Source: an uncultured Phycisphaerales bacterium (GTDB lineage: Bacteria; Planctomycetota; Phycisphaerae; UBA1845). Taken from it: a stretch of DNA of 64,000 bases. The stretch is from the NCBI GenBank assembly GCA_965371725.1, contig CBDUZO010000001.1, positions 13,123-77,122 on the forward strand. Reading direction: 5' to 3'. The notes under the pieces were generated by a model. It did not search any database, had not been told where the DNA came from, and saw nothing but the letters and a program-made list of their open reading frames with translations. This document shows positions 1-9,909 of the stretch, one piece after another. A program made the translations under genes and the position numbers. Each line of letters starts with the position of its first letter. Positions within the stretch are counted from its first letter, which is position 1.

Positions 1-1157
1 TTTTGCTTGATCACGCGAAGGTACACCTCACCTGTTCTGCGAACCAGCGCCTCGACGGAGAATTCACTTACGGAACGATCACGCGCGTTTCGGCCAAACC
101 GTTTCCGCAGCACATCATCACTCACAAGTTGCAGAACCCGATCCGCAAGCCCCTCCCAATCATCCGGCGCGACAATGTAACCCGTCTTCCCCTCTTCCAC
201 CACGCGAGCGTTGTCACCGGCATCGGTGGCTACGACGGGCGTACCACAGGCCATCGCCTCGAGCAGAACGTTCGCCGTGCCCTCGAAGACCGATGCCAGG
301 ACTTTGACATCGCAGATGTTGTACAGGTCCACGACGTCCCTGCGCTCACCCAGGAACTTCACCCGATCCGCAATGCCGCGCTGATGGACAACTCGTCTTG
401 CAGCTGCATAGCGAGAGTCCGGCCCGTCATCATCGAATCGCCCGATGCACAGGAACACGACATCGTCGCGTTGCTCGCACACGCGGGCGGCCGCCTCCAG
501 GAACATGAGGTGGTTCTTGTTGCTACGGAAATGGGCGAACATCCCGACAACTTTGGTGTCGGGCGCGATCCCCAGAGCTTCGCGCGGCGCGGAAGCGTCT
601 CGTGGGTGGAACTTCTTGATATCAACACCGTTCGGGACGACGCAAACCCGCGACAGCTCGACGCCTTGTTTCGAGTGCTCAAAGTCCTGACCGGTCCACG
701 AGTTGGCGATCATAAGATCGAAGCAATCGGAGGTCAGGCGGCTCAACCAGAGCTTGAACCCTGATCGACTAAGGTGCGGGCACCGGTTCGAACAGATCAC
801 AGCCGGCACGCCCGCCCACCGACCGGCCAGGCGACCCACCATCTCCGCATCGAACAGGAATGAATGAACGACCGATACACCAAGCCGCCTCAGCAGCTTC
901 GCAACGCGCGCGATCAGAAGAATGTCATACTTGTGCCGTTTCCGGACGACGCGAAACCTCTCCGGGCAACGCAAGTCAGGAGCAAGCGGGTTGTTGTCCG
1001 ACAGGGAGCAGACATGAACGCGAAAGCGGGACGGATCGAGACCGTTTGCCAGTTCCACGACCTGCCGCTCCGCACCGCCGCGTTCGAGGCTGCTGACAAG
1101 CAGCATCACCCCGATCGGGTCATCCCCCACAGGGTTGTCAAGATCCGCAACGCCCAT
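1..1157 (-). CDS. Glycosyltransferase family 4 (GT-B, group 1); 3' end runs off the left window edge
   Basis: Absent from the ORF track because it has no in-window stop. My reverse-complement translation from ATG 1157 (alternative ATG 1106) reads MGVADLDNPVGDDPIGVMLLVSSLERGGAERQVVELANGL ... LASVFEGTANVLLEAMACGTPVVATDAGDNARVVEEGKTGYIV ... SVEALVRRTGEVYLRVIKQ. The N-terminal GG-AE loop and the C-terminal E-x7-E-type motif are typical of GT4. Listed + ORF 3..764 is its antisense shadow. Confidence 0.8.
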   Translation of the reverse strand, partial: MGVADLDNPVGDDPIGVMLLVSSLERGGAERQVVELANGLDPSRFRVHVCSLSDNNPLAPDLRCPERFRVVRKRHKYDILLIARVAKLLRRLGVSVVHSFLFDAEMVGRLAGRWAGVPAVICSNRCPHLSRSGFKLWLSRLTSDCFDLMIANSWTGQDFEHSKQGVELSRVCVVPNGVDIKKFHPRDASAPREALGIAPDTKVVGMFAHFRSNKNHLMFLEAAARVCEQRDDVVFLCIGRFDDDGPDSRYAAARRVVHQRGIADRVKFLGERRDVVDLYNICDVKVLASVFEGTANVLLEAMACGTPVVATDAGDNARVVEEGKTGYIVAPDDWEGLADRVLQLVSDDVLRKRFGRNARDRSVSEFSVEALVRRTGEVYLRVIKQ

Positions 1158-1216
1158 ACAGCCCAAAGATTCCTGAACGCCAGCGGCCAAACTCAGTGCC
1201 TCCACGAATCACCGCG

Positions 1217-2011
1217 TTATCGGTCCGGCACTCGGTATCGGCCCGCCAGTTCCGCCACGAGCATCCCACAAAACAGTGTGTTGGTCACCAGATATCGTCG
1301 CCACATGCGCCTGGGCTCTTGAACGACGCGATACAGCCATTCCAGCCCCAGACGCTGCCAGCGCTCGGGTGCCCGCTTTACCTTGCCCGCCAACACGTCA
1401 AACGCACCGCCTACGCCGTGGCAAATCGGGACGCCCAACTCGCCCGACCATTTGGCCATGAATACTTCTTTCTTCGGCGGGCTCATGGCCACGAACAAGA
1501 TGTCCGCCTCCGCAGCGCGGATATCGGCCACGATGGCCGGCTCCTCCGAAGCGTCAAAGTACCCGTTGCGCATACCCGCAATCACAATGCCAGGGTAATC
1601 GGACGTTATCCGAGCGACGGCCGTCTGCAGCACCTCCTCGCCGGCACCGAGACAGTAGATCCGATATCCGCGATTCCGACCGGTTCGCAGCATCGCGTGC
1701 ATCAGGTCGATCCCGGGGACGCGTTCGGGAAGGCGTCGCCCCAGCAGGCGCGTCGCCCACACGACGGCCATCCCGTCGGCCAGGATCATGTCGGAACGCA
1801 GCACGGCATCACGCAATCGCTGATCGCTTTGCATGTTGACCATCTTGGCGGCGTTCACCATCCCGATCAGCAGGTGTTGACGCTCCTCGATCGTTCGCTC
1901 CACGGCCCCGATCACCTGTTGCATGGTCAGAGCACGGATCGGGATACCGAAGAGATGGCGCACAGGCCAGTCCGCCGCGAGAGGGTTTGGCGGTGTCTGA
2001 TTCACGTCCAT
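1217..2011 (-). CDS. WecB/TagA/CpsF-family glycosyltransferase (GT26)
   Basis: 264-aa ORF with family-typical strings: ILADGMAVVWATRLLG, RVPGIDLM, GYRIYCLGAGEEV, ILFVAMSPPKKEVF, HGVGGAFDVLAGKVKRAP. Confidence 0.9.
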   Translation of the reverse strand: MDVNQTPPNPLAADWPVRHLFGIPIRALTMQQVIGAVERTIEERQHLLIGMVNAAKMVNMQSDQRLRDAVLRSDMILADGMAVVWATRLLGRRLPERVPGIDLMHAMLRTGRNRGYRIYCLGAGEEVLQTAVARITSDYPGIVIAGMRNGYFDASEEPAIVADIRAAEADILFVAMSPPKKEVFMAKWSGELGVPICHGVGGAFDVLAGKVKRAPERWQRLGLEWLYRVVQEPRRMWRRYLVTNTLFCGMLVAELAGRYRVPDR

Positions 2012-3147
2012 TCCGCAACTCGCTTACGTGGCCAGGCGTACAGCAACCAACCGAGATGGTAGGGACGGCATTCGTAATCAATGCGGTTCGGTCTTAGCAC
2101 GAGCCCCAACCCGGGCACTCTTAAAGACGGATGCACCCGGCTCGCCGCCGCCTGGATGCCGCGGGCAAGCTTACGGGGTTCATGACGTGCCACTTTTCGC
2201 CAGATCACACCGGCTGAGCGGTCGATGAGTGATGAAGCGATTTCCGCGGGCTCGAGCAGCCACTTCAGCCCGGCATCGATCCCACTATGATAATCCCCAC
2301 CGCCCGCCTCCTGAAGATCAAACAGCGCCATCGGCGCCATGGCATCCTGGTGCACGGCATAGACGGGATAACGCTCTACAACGCGCCCCGTTCTCGCGTC
2401 AAAATGCCACCACCATTGTCCCCTCTCGCCCTGCACGGCGCACATGTGATCCGCACACCGACGCGCGGCCAAGAGCACCTCCGTATCGCCCGTTCGCTTA
2501 TGGTAATACGCGAGTGCCTGAATGGGATAGACCAGATCGGCGAAGCACGCCACGTGAGATCGAAACCGTGAGACGCGGGAATCCGACGGCCAGTGTGGAA
2601 ACATGCCCGCCGACGGAACGAAAGACGCCATAAGCCTGTCGGCGATCTTCCCGATCAGGCGGTCCCCATCGCCACTGTCGCCCGGAAACACGGACAAGGC
2701 TGTGACGGCCCAGGCCAACTCGACCGTGGGATGTGGCCCGTCACACGGCGCAAGCTCCCGCAGGCGCTCAATCGCGCGCGATACGTCGACGACCCCCAAT
2801 GCCACTGCGGCCCAGATCGTCAGCGCCACATCACCAAGATTGTCGACCGTATGCACCTCGTCCAGCAATCGACGACAGACAGTCTGTGCATCCTCGCCGT
2901 GAAGAATCTCCCCGCACGCATCCTCGCCCTCACCGGCCAATCCGATCAGCGTGATGGCGGTATACCGGTGGCTGGTGCCCTCGAGCACATCTTCGGTTCC
3001 GTCACGACGCAGGCGAAAGGCGAACATTCCGCGATCAGGAAGGTACATCCGCCGCAGCGCTCGCAGTGCCAGCGCGCGCAAGTCAGTCACGGCCGACGAA
3101 ATCGAGCCGGAACGGACAGGACACTCAGCCATCGCTCCAGGCGTCAC
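2002..3147 (-). CDS. Hypothetical protein inside the EPS operon (function unknown)
   Basis: 381-aa ORF overlapping its neighbours by 10 nt and 4 nt, which suggests translational coupling. It has a Trp/His-rich stretch QGERGQWWWHFDARTGRVVERYPVYAVHQDAMAPMAL. I recognise no catalytic motif. Confidence 0.55.
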   Translation of the reverse strand: MTPGAMAECPVRSGSISSAVTDLRALALRALRRMYLPDRGMFAFRLRRDGTEDVLEGTSHRYTAITLIGLAGEGEDACGEILHGEDAQTVCRRLLDEVHTVDNLGDVALTIWAAVALGVVDVSRAIERLRELAPCDGPHPTVELAWAVTALSVFPGDSGDGDRLIGKIADRLMASFVPSAGMFPHWPSDSRVSRFRSHVACFADLVYPIQALAYYHKRTGDTEVLLAARRCADHMCAVQGERGQWWWHFDARTGRVVERYPVYAVHQDAMAPMALFDLQEAGGGDYHSGIDAGLKWLLEPAEIASSLIDRSAGVIWRKVARHEPRKLARGIQAAASRVHPSLRVPGLGLVLRPNRIDYECRPYHLGWLLYAWPRKRVAEWT

Positions 3148-4370
3148 GGCTGAAGCACGGGCGCAGCGTTGAGCGACTGCAATGTCGTGCCGCGCGTGAG
3201 GAACCCGAACGGGTCAAACGAGTCTTCCAAACTGCCGCCCCTGCCGCCGGATTGCTGGCTGTGGCGGTTCATGAATTCGATACCGCTCACATTGTAGTTC
3301 ACGCTCACGCCCGCCCGCAGGAAGAAATTCCGGTTGACGAAATCCTGGGTCCGCGTTTCCCACGTATGCGGAACCCAGAGGATGTCCCCGGCTGCCAGCA
3401 GAATGTTCGGATCACGCCCGTCGGCGATGCGGTTCAGCTCGAGCTTGACGTGCACATCCTTACCGCCAGGCATCCGGCGGATCAGTGTCCCGTCCTTCGG
3501 GAAGATGTCGGTACGAAGCCCACCCGCTCCCGCGATCGCCTGGAGCACCGTGACCGAGACGCCCGGCGGATAGGCTTGCGGCCGCGGCCCGTTGACCAAA
3601 CCGCCGACGTAGATCGTGTTCGGGGCGGCCGCATGAACACTGATGATGTCCCCGTCCTCCAGCGGGTCCAAGGCAAGCGCCGCCTTCAGCTCCACCGGGT
3701 TGGTCAGATCAAGCGTTACCCCCTCCGTCGGTCGACGGATACGCCGCAACGTCACCTCGCCCGACGCCAACTCCGATGCCCCACCCGCGCCCACGATGGC
3801 GAAGAGAAGATTCTGCTCGGTGCGGCGTAACAGAACCAGACCGGGACTGGTCACCGCGCCGGTCACCATGACGGCCGTGGCCTTAGGTTCCACCAACTGC
3901 ACATGGACGACCGCATCTTTGACGACGCCCGGCACGAACGCGTTGCGCACAGCGTCGTCAACGTCCTCCAATTCGAGACCCGCCACCTTCACCGCACCGA
4001 CGATCGGAAGATCGATCTCGCCGTTGCGATCGGTGCGGACCTGGACCTCTGGGATGACCGTGACCTCATCGGCACTGATCAGCGTAATGAGGAGCACGTC
4101 GCCGGGTCCTGTCCTGTACGGTCCGAGCTTTTGATCGAGCAGGTCCCGAGCGTCCGCCAGCTCCTCCACGGAAGGGGCCACGGCGGCGGCTTCTCGTGTC
4201 TCCTGTTGAAGCTCAAGAAACCTGCCAAGGCTAATGCGGTGATCGCTGCAACCCGTCGAAATCAGGGCAAGCGTGCCCAACAGGGCAAGCGATCCGATGA
4301 TGCAGACGGTCCGATAATATGCCCGTGGAAGAGTCGTGTCCGCGCCAAACATCTCCTCTTCTCCCTTCAA
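3144..4370 (-). CDS. Polysaccharide export outer-membrane lipoprotein (Wza/GumB-like, Poly_export + SLBB repeats)
   Basis: 408-aa ORF. N-terminal signal with lipobox LISTGC. GPYRTGPGDVLLITL matches the Poly_export motif. Repeated G-D-I/V-hydrophobic SLBB-like strings (GDIISV, GDILWVP). Confidence 0.8.
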   Translation of the reverse strand: MKGEEEMFGADTTLPRAYYRTVCIIGSLALLGTLALISTGCSDHRISLGRFLELQQETREAAAVAPSVEELADARDLLDQKLGPYRTGPGDVLLITLISADEVTVIPEVQVRTDRNGEIDLPIVGAVKVAGLELEDVDDAVRNAFVPGVVKDAVVHVQLVEPKATAVMVTGAVTSPGLVLLRRTEQNLLFAIVGAGGASELASGEVTLRRIRRPTEGVTLDLTNPVELKAALALDPLEDGDIISVHAAAPNTIYVGGLVNGPRPQAYPPGVSVTVLQAIAGAGGLRTDIFPKDGTLIRRMPGGKDVHVKLELNRIADGRDPNILLAAGDILWVPHTWETRTQDFVNRNFFLRAGVSVNYNVSGIEFMNRHSQQSGGRGGSLEDSFDPFGFLTRGTTLQSLNAAPVLQP

Positions 4371-4388
4371 GGATCGAGAAACCGGGTT

Positions 4389-6188
4389 TCAGTACTGTAA
4401 TGTCTTCGGCTCGACGCTCTTGGAGAGTACAGCCGTTTCGACGGGAATCGACTCCGCCAGGCGATCGTCCGGCTCGCCATCGCCCCTGACGAACCACGAC
4501 CGCGGCACGCTCCACCTGCCCCCGAGGGTCAGCACCGTCGCCAGCAGGATTTTCACATCCAGCCAGGTCGACAGATTACGCACGTATGCCAGGTCATAGT
4601 AGATCCACTGGTGAAAGTCCCCGCCGGATCGATCATCACGACAGACCTGCCAGAGCCCCGTAATGCCCGGCGCCACGGACAACCTCGCCCGGCGCCACGG
4701 CACGCATATCTGATTCTCCCGAAACGGCGACGGACGAGGTCCCACAAGGCTCATATGCCCCAGCAATACGTTGATCAACTGCGGTAGCTCGTCAATATTC
4801 GTACTCCGCAGGACCCGTCCCAACGGCGTGACGCGCGAGTCGCAGCTTAACTTGAACTGCGGACCGTCGACCTCATTCTGCTCGTAAAGCTCGCGCTGCT
4901 GGAGGTGCGCGTCCGCCGTCATTGTCCGGAACTTCAGGCAGGGGAACTCCTTCCCGTCCTTGCGCTCACGGCGATGGATGAAGAAGACAGGACCGGGCGA
5001 CGCCAACTTGATCAGCACGGCCACAAGAAAACAGAGCGGCGACAGCAGCACCAGTGCAACCGCACTTAGGAGGATGTCTCCGGTACGCTTCAGCACGAGA
5101 TTCAATCGCCGTCGGTGCATCGCCGGGTGCACGGGAAGTGCGATGTTCCCATCCGTGTACTGCTGTTTCAGCGGCGACTGAAACGCCGCCATGCCTGTCG
5201 CTGTGCCGACATCCGCATCAGTAGGGGCGGTTGGGCAACGCCCGGCCATGACGCGATGAAGAACCGTGACACCGGCATCCACGACGCTCTTCGGGGCGAT
5301 GACGGACTGGGCAACGGTCGCGTCTCGATGGATCCGGCTTTCCGAGCCCACGACCGCCGGGCCGACCACGGTCACGCCCTCATCGAGTCTCGCCCGGTCA
5401 TGGATAATCACGGGGCCTACGAGCCGTGCGGACTCGTGGATCAAGCAATCCCGCCCGATCAGGATGTCCTCTTGTCGTCGGGAGAACGCGGACCGGTGGC
5501 CGCGGAAGGGCCTGGCCATCATCCGCTCATTCAGCGCCAGCCAGCCGGCCTCCTCCGTCAGGTCAACCGGATCCAATGCCACCGGAACGTCACGGCTTAG
5601 TACGCCCTTGGTCGACAGAGCCCTTCTAAGCTCGGGAAGCGACGTGAACTTCAGGTCGCCCACGACGCGGGCGGGCACGAGTGAGAAGAGAATGGCCGAC
5701 GTCGCCACCTCCGGCCATGTCACACCGCTGTACAACCGCTGAACACGCTTGACGCGGCCGTTGCCGTCGCACTCGACGCATTCCCGCGTCCCCTCGCGCG
5801 CGGCGCCGATCGTCACGGCATGCGTCACACCGCGATACGAGCCGAGCCCGCGCACGATCGCGGCGATATCGATACCGTCAACCGGCCAACGGCCAGGGTC
5901 CATCACCATCATGTAGTCGGAGAATTCATAGGTACCCAGTACGTCCGGCAGCGTATCGGGTGGAACGATCCTTGGCCTGCGCGTCGTGCAGCTTGTGATC
6001 TCTTGCTCATACGCCCCATCGTACTCGAACCTTGGCATCACCAGCAACTCGCGCCCGGCCACGACTGCCGTGCGCGCAGCGATATGGTCAAGGAATGACC
6101 GCGTCCCAAGCGGAAGGGTCAGCAACGAGATCGACCCTGGCGCCGAGCGCAGGTAGGGAGCCTTTTGATCGATGAGCAGTAGAATCAA
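4389..6188 (-). CDS. Fusion of an N-terminal degenerate nucleotidyltransferase-like + left-handed beta-helix module to a C-terminal bacterial sugar transferase (priming phosphoglycosyl transferase, WbaP/EpsB type)
   Basis: 599-aa ORF. The C-terminal half carries the Bac_transf signature: [81 protein letters not shown]. The middle has hexapeptide-like repeats [33 protein letters not shown]. Confidence 0.85.
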   Translation of the reverse strand: MILLLIDQKAPYLRSAPGSISLLTLPLGTRSFLDHIAARTAVVAGRELLVMPRFEYDGAYEQEITSCTTRRPRIVPPDTLPDVLGTYEFSDYMMVMDPGRWPVDGIDIAAIVRGLGSYRGVTHAVTIGAAREGTRECVECDGNGRVKRVQRLYSGVTWPEVATSAILFSLVPARVVGDLKFTSLPELRRALSTKGVLSRDVPVALDPVDLTEEAGWLALNERMMARPFRGHRSAFSRRQEDILIGRDCLIHESARLVGPVIIHDRARLDEGVTVVGPAVVGSESRIHRDATVAQSVIAPKSVVDAGVTVLHRVMAGRCPTAPTDADVGTATGMAAFQSPLKQQYTDGNIALPVHPAMHRRRLNLVLKRTGDILLSAVALVLLSPLCFLVAVLIKLASPGPVFFIHRRERKDGKEFPCLKFRTMTADAHLQQRELYEQNEVDGPQFKLSCDSRVTPLGRVLRSTNIDELPQLINVLLGHMSLVGPRPSPFRENQICVPWRRARLSVAPGITGLWQVCRDDRSGGDFHQWIYYDLAYVRNLSTWLDVKILLATVLTLGGRWSVPRSWFVRGDGEPDDRLAESIPVETAVLSKSVEPKTLQY

Positions 6189-6220
6189 AGTCGCCTGTCA
6201 CGGCATGCAGCCGCGTCCCA

Positions 6221-8548
6221 TCATCCCTTCACTTCCCCCTGGTCACCCACCTTTGCACCGCGAGCTGCGATGCTCCGCCGATAATCTCCGTAGTGGCCGT
6301 AGTAGCCGTAGTCGGCGTGGACTCGGGCACCGACCAGAACCGTTCCCAACAGTGTTCCACCACCGGCACTGAGCTCGGCGTACGCCTGAACCACCTCGTT
6401 CCGACGGGAATAAGCCGAGCGCAGAACCATGATCGTGCCGTCGACCTGGCCGGCGAGGATTCGCGAGTCCGCCACGGGCAGAAACGGCGGGCTGTCCAGG
6501 ACGATGTAGTCATACGACTGTTTCCACCGCTCCAAGCACGCAGAGAAAACACCGTTGGCCAACAGCTCGAAATTGAATTCCTCCGTGCGCTCGCCCGCGA
6601 GGAGCACGTCAAAACGGCCACGATCGATTGACCGAATCACGTCACGATCGTCCAGCCCGTCCGTCAACAAACGGGCAAGCCCCGCGTTGGCATCGATCCC
6701 GAGATAGCCTCCCAACGAAGGTTGGTGCAGATCGGCCTCTACCAGGAGCGTGCGCTTCCCGAGTTGCCCCAGGCTCTTGCACAGGAGAATGGCGACAGTA
6801 CTCTTGCCAGCCCGGCTTGAGCTGCTTGTGATCAAGATTACCCTCTTGCCTGATCCCGTGAGACGCTGAAGAAGGGCCGTGCGAACCATGCGCACGTTTT
6901 CCGTGGTGACGGGGTCCCACTCGCCCAGGAGATTGCTCGAATCCGGAAGCGGAGGCAACGCGCCCAGGAAGGGCACACGCACGGTCTGCTCGACGTCCCC
7001 AACCTCGCGGATCTTCTGGTCGGTGATCGCGCGAAGGTAGCCGACACCGACCCCGAGTAGCAACGATCCGACAAGCGCCATCGCGGTCAGCAGGGCCCGC
7101 CGATCCCGGTATGGCCGACTCGGCGCGATGGCGTGTGACGCCACCGTTATGCGCCCAGGCGCCTTACTCTCCACTTCCAGGGTGGTCAACCGTTCGCGAA
7201 TACGATCGAGCAGGTCACGCTTCCGCTTGATCTCCTCGTCGTAATGGGCCATGTCCTGCGCCACGTCTCCGACGTTGGCCACCCTGCTGCGCTGACGCTC
7301 GATGTCATCACCGAGCAGCTTGACTTGATACTCAAGCCTCTGTACGTGCCTCTCCAACGACGTCCGGTCAAGGAACGCGATCTCCCCGTCGGCGGCGGGC
7401 GTGAACTGCGGCACGGTCCCCTGCCGTTGCTCGCCCAGCTGGGCCTCTCGCTCGCGCAGGACACGCTCCGCGAAATCGGCACTTGCCAGAAGAGTCTGAA
7501 TCCGCGGATGGGACTCGCCATAGTGCTGGCGGGCCAGCTCAAGCTGATGCCGGGCCGTCCGCAAGTCCAGATTCAGTCGGCGCCACTCCGGATCGGTGAA
7601 GAAACCCCGGGCAGTTTCATCACCATCCGTGCGATCGGAACCTCCCTCCGGTGTATGGTCCGCGTCACCGGGGCCCGTAAGGTTTCCCAACTCCCACCGG
7701 GCCAGCGCCAGCTCGCGCCGAAGCCCCTCGTATTCCACCTCCAACCCGGTCACGTTCTTGCTGAGAAGGGATCGAAGCTGCTCCGCGGTCATCGTACCGA
7801 GGTGCATCGACGCCTTGTGCTTGATGTCAGCCAGCCCGTCGATCTGCCTCTGAAGGGCGTTGCGCTCGTCGATCAGCGTTCGGGTCCGCTGAATGTCGCT
7901 CTCCGCCGCCGCCTCATCATTGAGCCTCTTATACTCGTCCACGACGGCATCGACGAGAAGCCGCGCTTCATGCGGGTCAAGCGCGGTGATGGCAACGTCG
8001 ATCATCTCCGTGTTTCGGCGGGACCTGACCGTGAGGCAATCCTCGAGTCGGTCCATCGGGCTCGGCGGCGAGCGCAGGTAGGCAAGAGGCCACGGCGGTT
8101 TCTGCTCATACCACTTCGCCGCGTGAACGTCCGAACGATCCAGCACCCGCCGCAACACCGTCGGGCTGCTGATCACAGACACTTGCGTGTTCAGGTAGGA
8201 CCGGTAGAGCGGAACGATTCCGTTGTCCTCGGTCCTGAACACCACACGCGACACGACCGGCGACACCCGCACGACCGCGTTGGCGCGGTACGCCGGCTTG
8301 AGAAACACCCAGATGCACGGGATCGTCACCATGGAGACCAGTGCAAAAACACCGAACACGAGCCAGCGCGACCGACGCAACATGGCGAACCCGTGCGAGC
8401 CCGATGGACCACCTCCGCCAGCCAACGGCGTGCCAAGTGCCCCGGCATCCCCCCGCTCAAGCGAGGTACCCGAAGATCGAAAGCCCAGCCCCAAGGCCCC
8501 GCCGCTTGGATCGGATTCATTGCCCTGTTGTCCTGATTGCCCTAACAT
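6221..8548 (-). CDS. Polysaccharide co-polymerase / chain-length determinant with C-terminal BY-tyrosine kinase (Wzc/GumC/EpsG-like)
   Basis: 775-aa ORF with TM segments near residues 60-85 and 485-510, and a long coiled-coil periplasmic region. P-loop SSSSRAGKSTVAILL, Walker-B-like YDYIVLDSPP, and a Tyr-rich tail HADYGYYGHYGDYRRS. Confidence 0.85.
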   Translation of the reverse strand: MLGQSGQQGNESDPSGGALGLGFRSSGTSLERGDAGALGTPLAGGGGPSGSHGFAMLRRSRWLVFGVFALVSMVTIPCIWVFLKPAYRANAVVRVSPVVSRVVFRTEDNGIVPLYRSYLNTQVSVISSPTVLRRVLDRSDVHAAKWYEQKPPWPLAYLRSPPSPMDRLEDCLTVRSRRNTEMIDVAITALDPHEARLLVDAVVDEYKRLNDEAAAESDIQRTRTLIDERNALQRQIDGLADIKHKASMHLGTMTAEQLRSLLSKNVTGLEVEYEGLRRELALARWELGNLTGPGDADHTPEGGSDRTDGDETARGFFTDPEWRRLNLDLRTARHQLELARQHYGESHPRIQTLLASADFAERVLREREAQLGEQRQGTVPQFTPAADGEIAFLDRTSLERHVQRLEYQVKLLGDDIERQRSRVANVGDVAQDMAHYDEEIKRKRDLLDRIRERLTTLEVESKAPGRITVASHAIAPSRPYRDRRALLTAMALVGSLLLGVGVGYLRAITDQKIREVGDVEQTVRVPFLGALPPLPDSSNLLGEWDPVTTENVRMVRTALLQRLTGSGKRVILITSSSSRAGKSTVAILLCKSLGQLGKRTLLVEADLHQPSLGGYLGIDANAGLARLLTDGLDDRDVIRSIDRGRFDVLLAGERTEEFNFELLANGVFSACLERWKQSYDYIVLDSPPFLPVADSRILAGQVDGTIMVLRSAYSRRNEVVQAYAELSAGGGTLLGTVLVGARVHADYGYYGHYGDYRRSIAARGAKVGDQGEVKG

Positions 8549-8601
8549 CGTAAATCGTTCTCCATCGTGGAGGACCGATGCACGTCCACTGTGGACGCAA
8601 G

Positions 8602-9735
8602 TTAATCCGGCTCCGATCGACCGGCATGCAGCCTGGGAAACTCCACCGCGGGATCCGGCCCGGCACCGCTCGGTCGACGGTCGTCGCCTCCGACAATTCG
8701 AGCACGTTCACGGACGATCCCACACAGCACAGCGAGCCGATTGAGGAACCCCCGACTCCAGCGACGCCGCGGCACAAACACGGTACTACGGGCTACGACT
8801 TCCGACTCCACCGTCGTCCGGTCGATGACAATGCACTGATCCAAAACGGCGCCGCTTTCCACCGTGCACCCGTCCCACAACGCCGAGCGACTGATGACAA
8901 CCTGATTGCCAATTAGACCCCCGCGCCCGATTGTCGTCGGACCGACCATCATCGCGCCTGGGCCGACCACACAATCAGGACCAATCAACACGGGTCCGAC
9001 AAGCCGCGCCGTCGGATCGACCCGGGCCGATTCATGCACCCACGCCTCGCCGACACGAACGTAACCGTCCTGCCTAGCCGCATCCTCGGGCATGGTTCGC
9101 ACGGCCCAATGGTTCACCGCGAGATAAGACTCCGCCCCCGACACGCGCGGGGCCAGGTCGCCGCGCACAACGTGTGGAACCACGCGGAGCCCCTTGGCGT
9201 GCAGGCACGGAATCAGCGTTTCCTTGATGTCCTGGTATCCCGTCGGGGGGATGTGAGGAAGAAGCTCCCGTGAGAATACATAGATGCCGACAGGCTCGAG
9301 CGGGGAGTTTACCCCGGCGCTCGCGTTCTCGGAGCCGGCCACGGCCACCGTCAGCGCCGCCTTCGACTCAACATGGGCATCGAGCAGATCTCGCAGTTCG
9401 ATCCTCGGCACAATCGTGCCCTCGACCACTACGAAGATCCGACCACCGCCGAGAATCGCCGCATCCCGGGCGCAACCGGCGGGACCTCGCGGCATCTGGT
9501 CCTCGTAGTACTTCAAGGAGACGTCCGGTCCCAATCCATCGCCGAGGCAACGACGCAAGATCCTCGTGTGGCTGTTCGCACAGACGTACGCCTCCGAAAT
9601 TCCACTCAGTCCGAGCCAGTCCACGGCGTGGCGAATCAACGGGCGCGACGCGATCGGCAACAAGGGCCTACATGCCACGTTCTCCAGCACGCCCTCACCC
9701 CAACTGTGTACGCCGGCAAGGACGATCCCAGTCAT
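8602..9735 (-). CDS. Nucleotidyltransferase-like + left-handed beta-helix protein with a degenerate NTP-binding loop
   Basis: The ORF track gives 8602..9864. I prefer ATG 9735 (MTGIVLAGVHSWGEG...) because the upstream 43 aa are Gly/Ser low complexity. RPLLPIASRPLIRH resembles the KPLLPVxGKPLI motif, but the GxGTRL loop is replaced by GVHSWGEG. C-terminal hexapeptide repeats read ARLVGPVLIGPDCVVGPGAMMVGPTTIGRGGLIGNQVVI. Confidence 0.7.
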   Translation of the reverse strand: MTGIVLAGVHSWGEGVLENVACRPLLPIASRPLIRHAVDWLGLSGISEAYVCANSHTRILRRCLGDGLGPDVSLKYYEDQMPRGPAGCARDAAILGGGRIFVVVEGTIVPRIELRDLLDAHVESKAALTVAVAGSENASAGVNSPLEPVGIYVFSRELLPHIPPTGYQDIKETLIPCLHAKGLRVVPHVVRGDLAPRVSGAESYLAVNHWAVRTMPEDAARQDGYVRVGEAWVHESARVDPTARLVGPVLIGPDCVVGPGAMMVGPTTIGRGGLIGNQVVISRSALWDGCTVESGAVLDQCIVIDRTTVESEVVARSTVFVPRRRWSRGFLNRLAVLCGIVRERARIVGGDDRRPSGAGPDPAVEFPRLHAGRSEPD

Positions 9736-9909
9736 GTCCGGGCCGGCGAGGGCTTGCCCCCCACCACTACCGGACCGGCTGAGGTGATCCTCTCTCCGGG
9801 CACCTGAAGTTGTACCGCTACCTGCCACTGACCCTCTCCCCATCGGACCGCTGTCGAAGAACAAGTGTCACCAAGCAGCCTTTTCCCAAACGCCTCGCGA
9901 CAGCGATCT

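Noticed and set aside
3-764. 253-aa plus-strand ORF at the left edge
   Set aside because: It is the antisense shadow of the GT4 glycosyltransferase. The minus-strand translation carries clear GT4 motifs, while the plus-strand product is Arg/His-rich with no motif.
1090-1103. A fourth CTGCT-N4-AGCAG palindrome, sharing a 16-mer with the copy at 12210
   Set aside because: It lies inside the GT4 coding sequence, where it simply encodes the family-typical LLVSS N-terminus. By my estimate a single 16-mer coincidence in a 64-kb window is within chance expectation.
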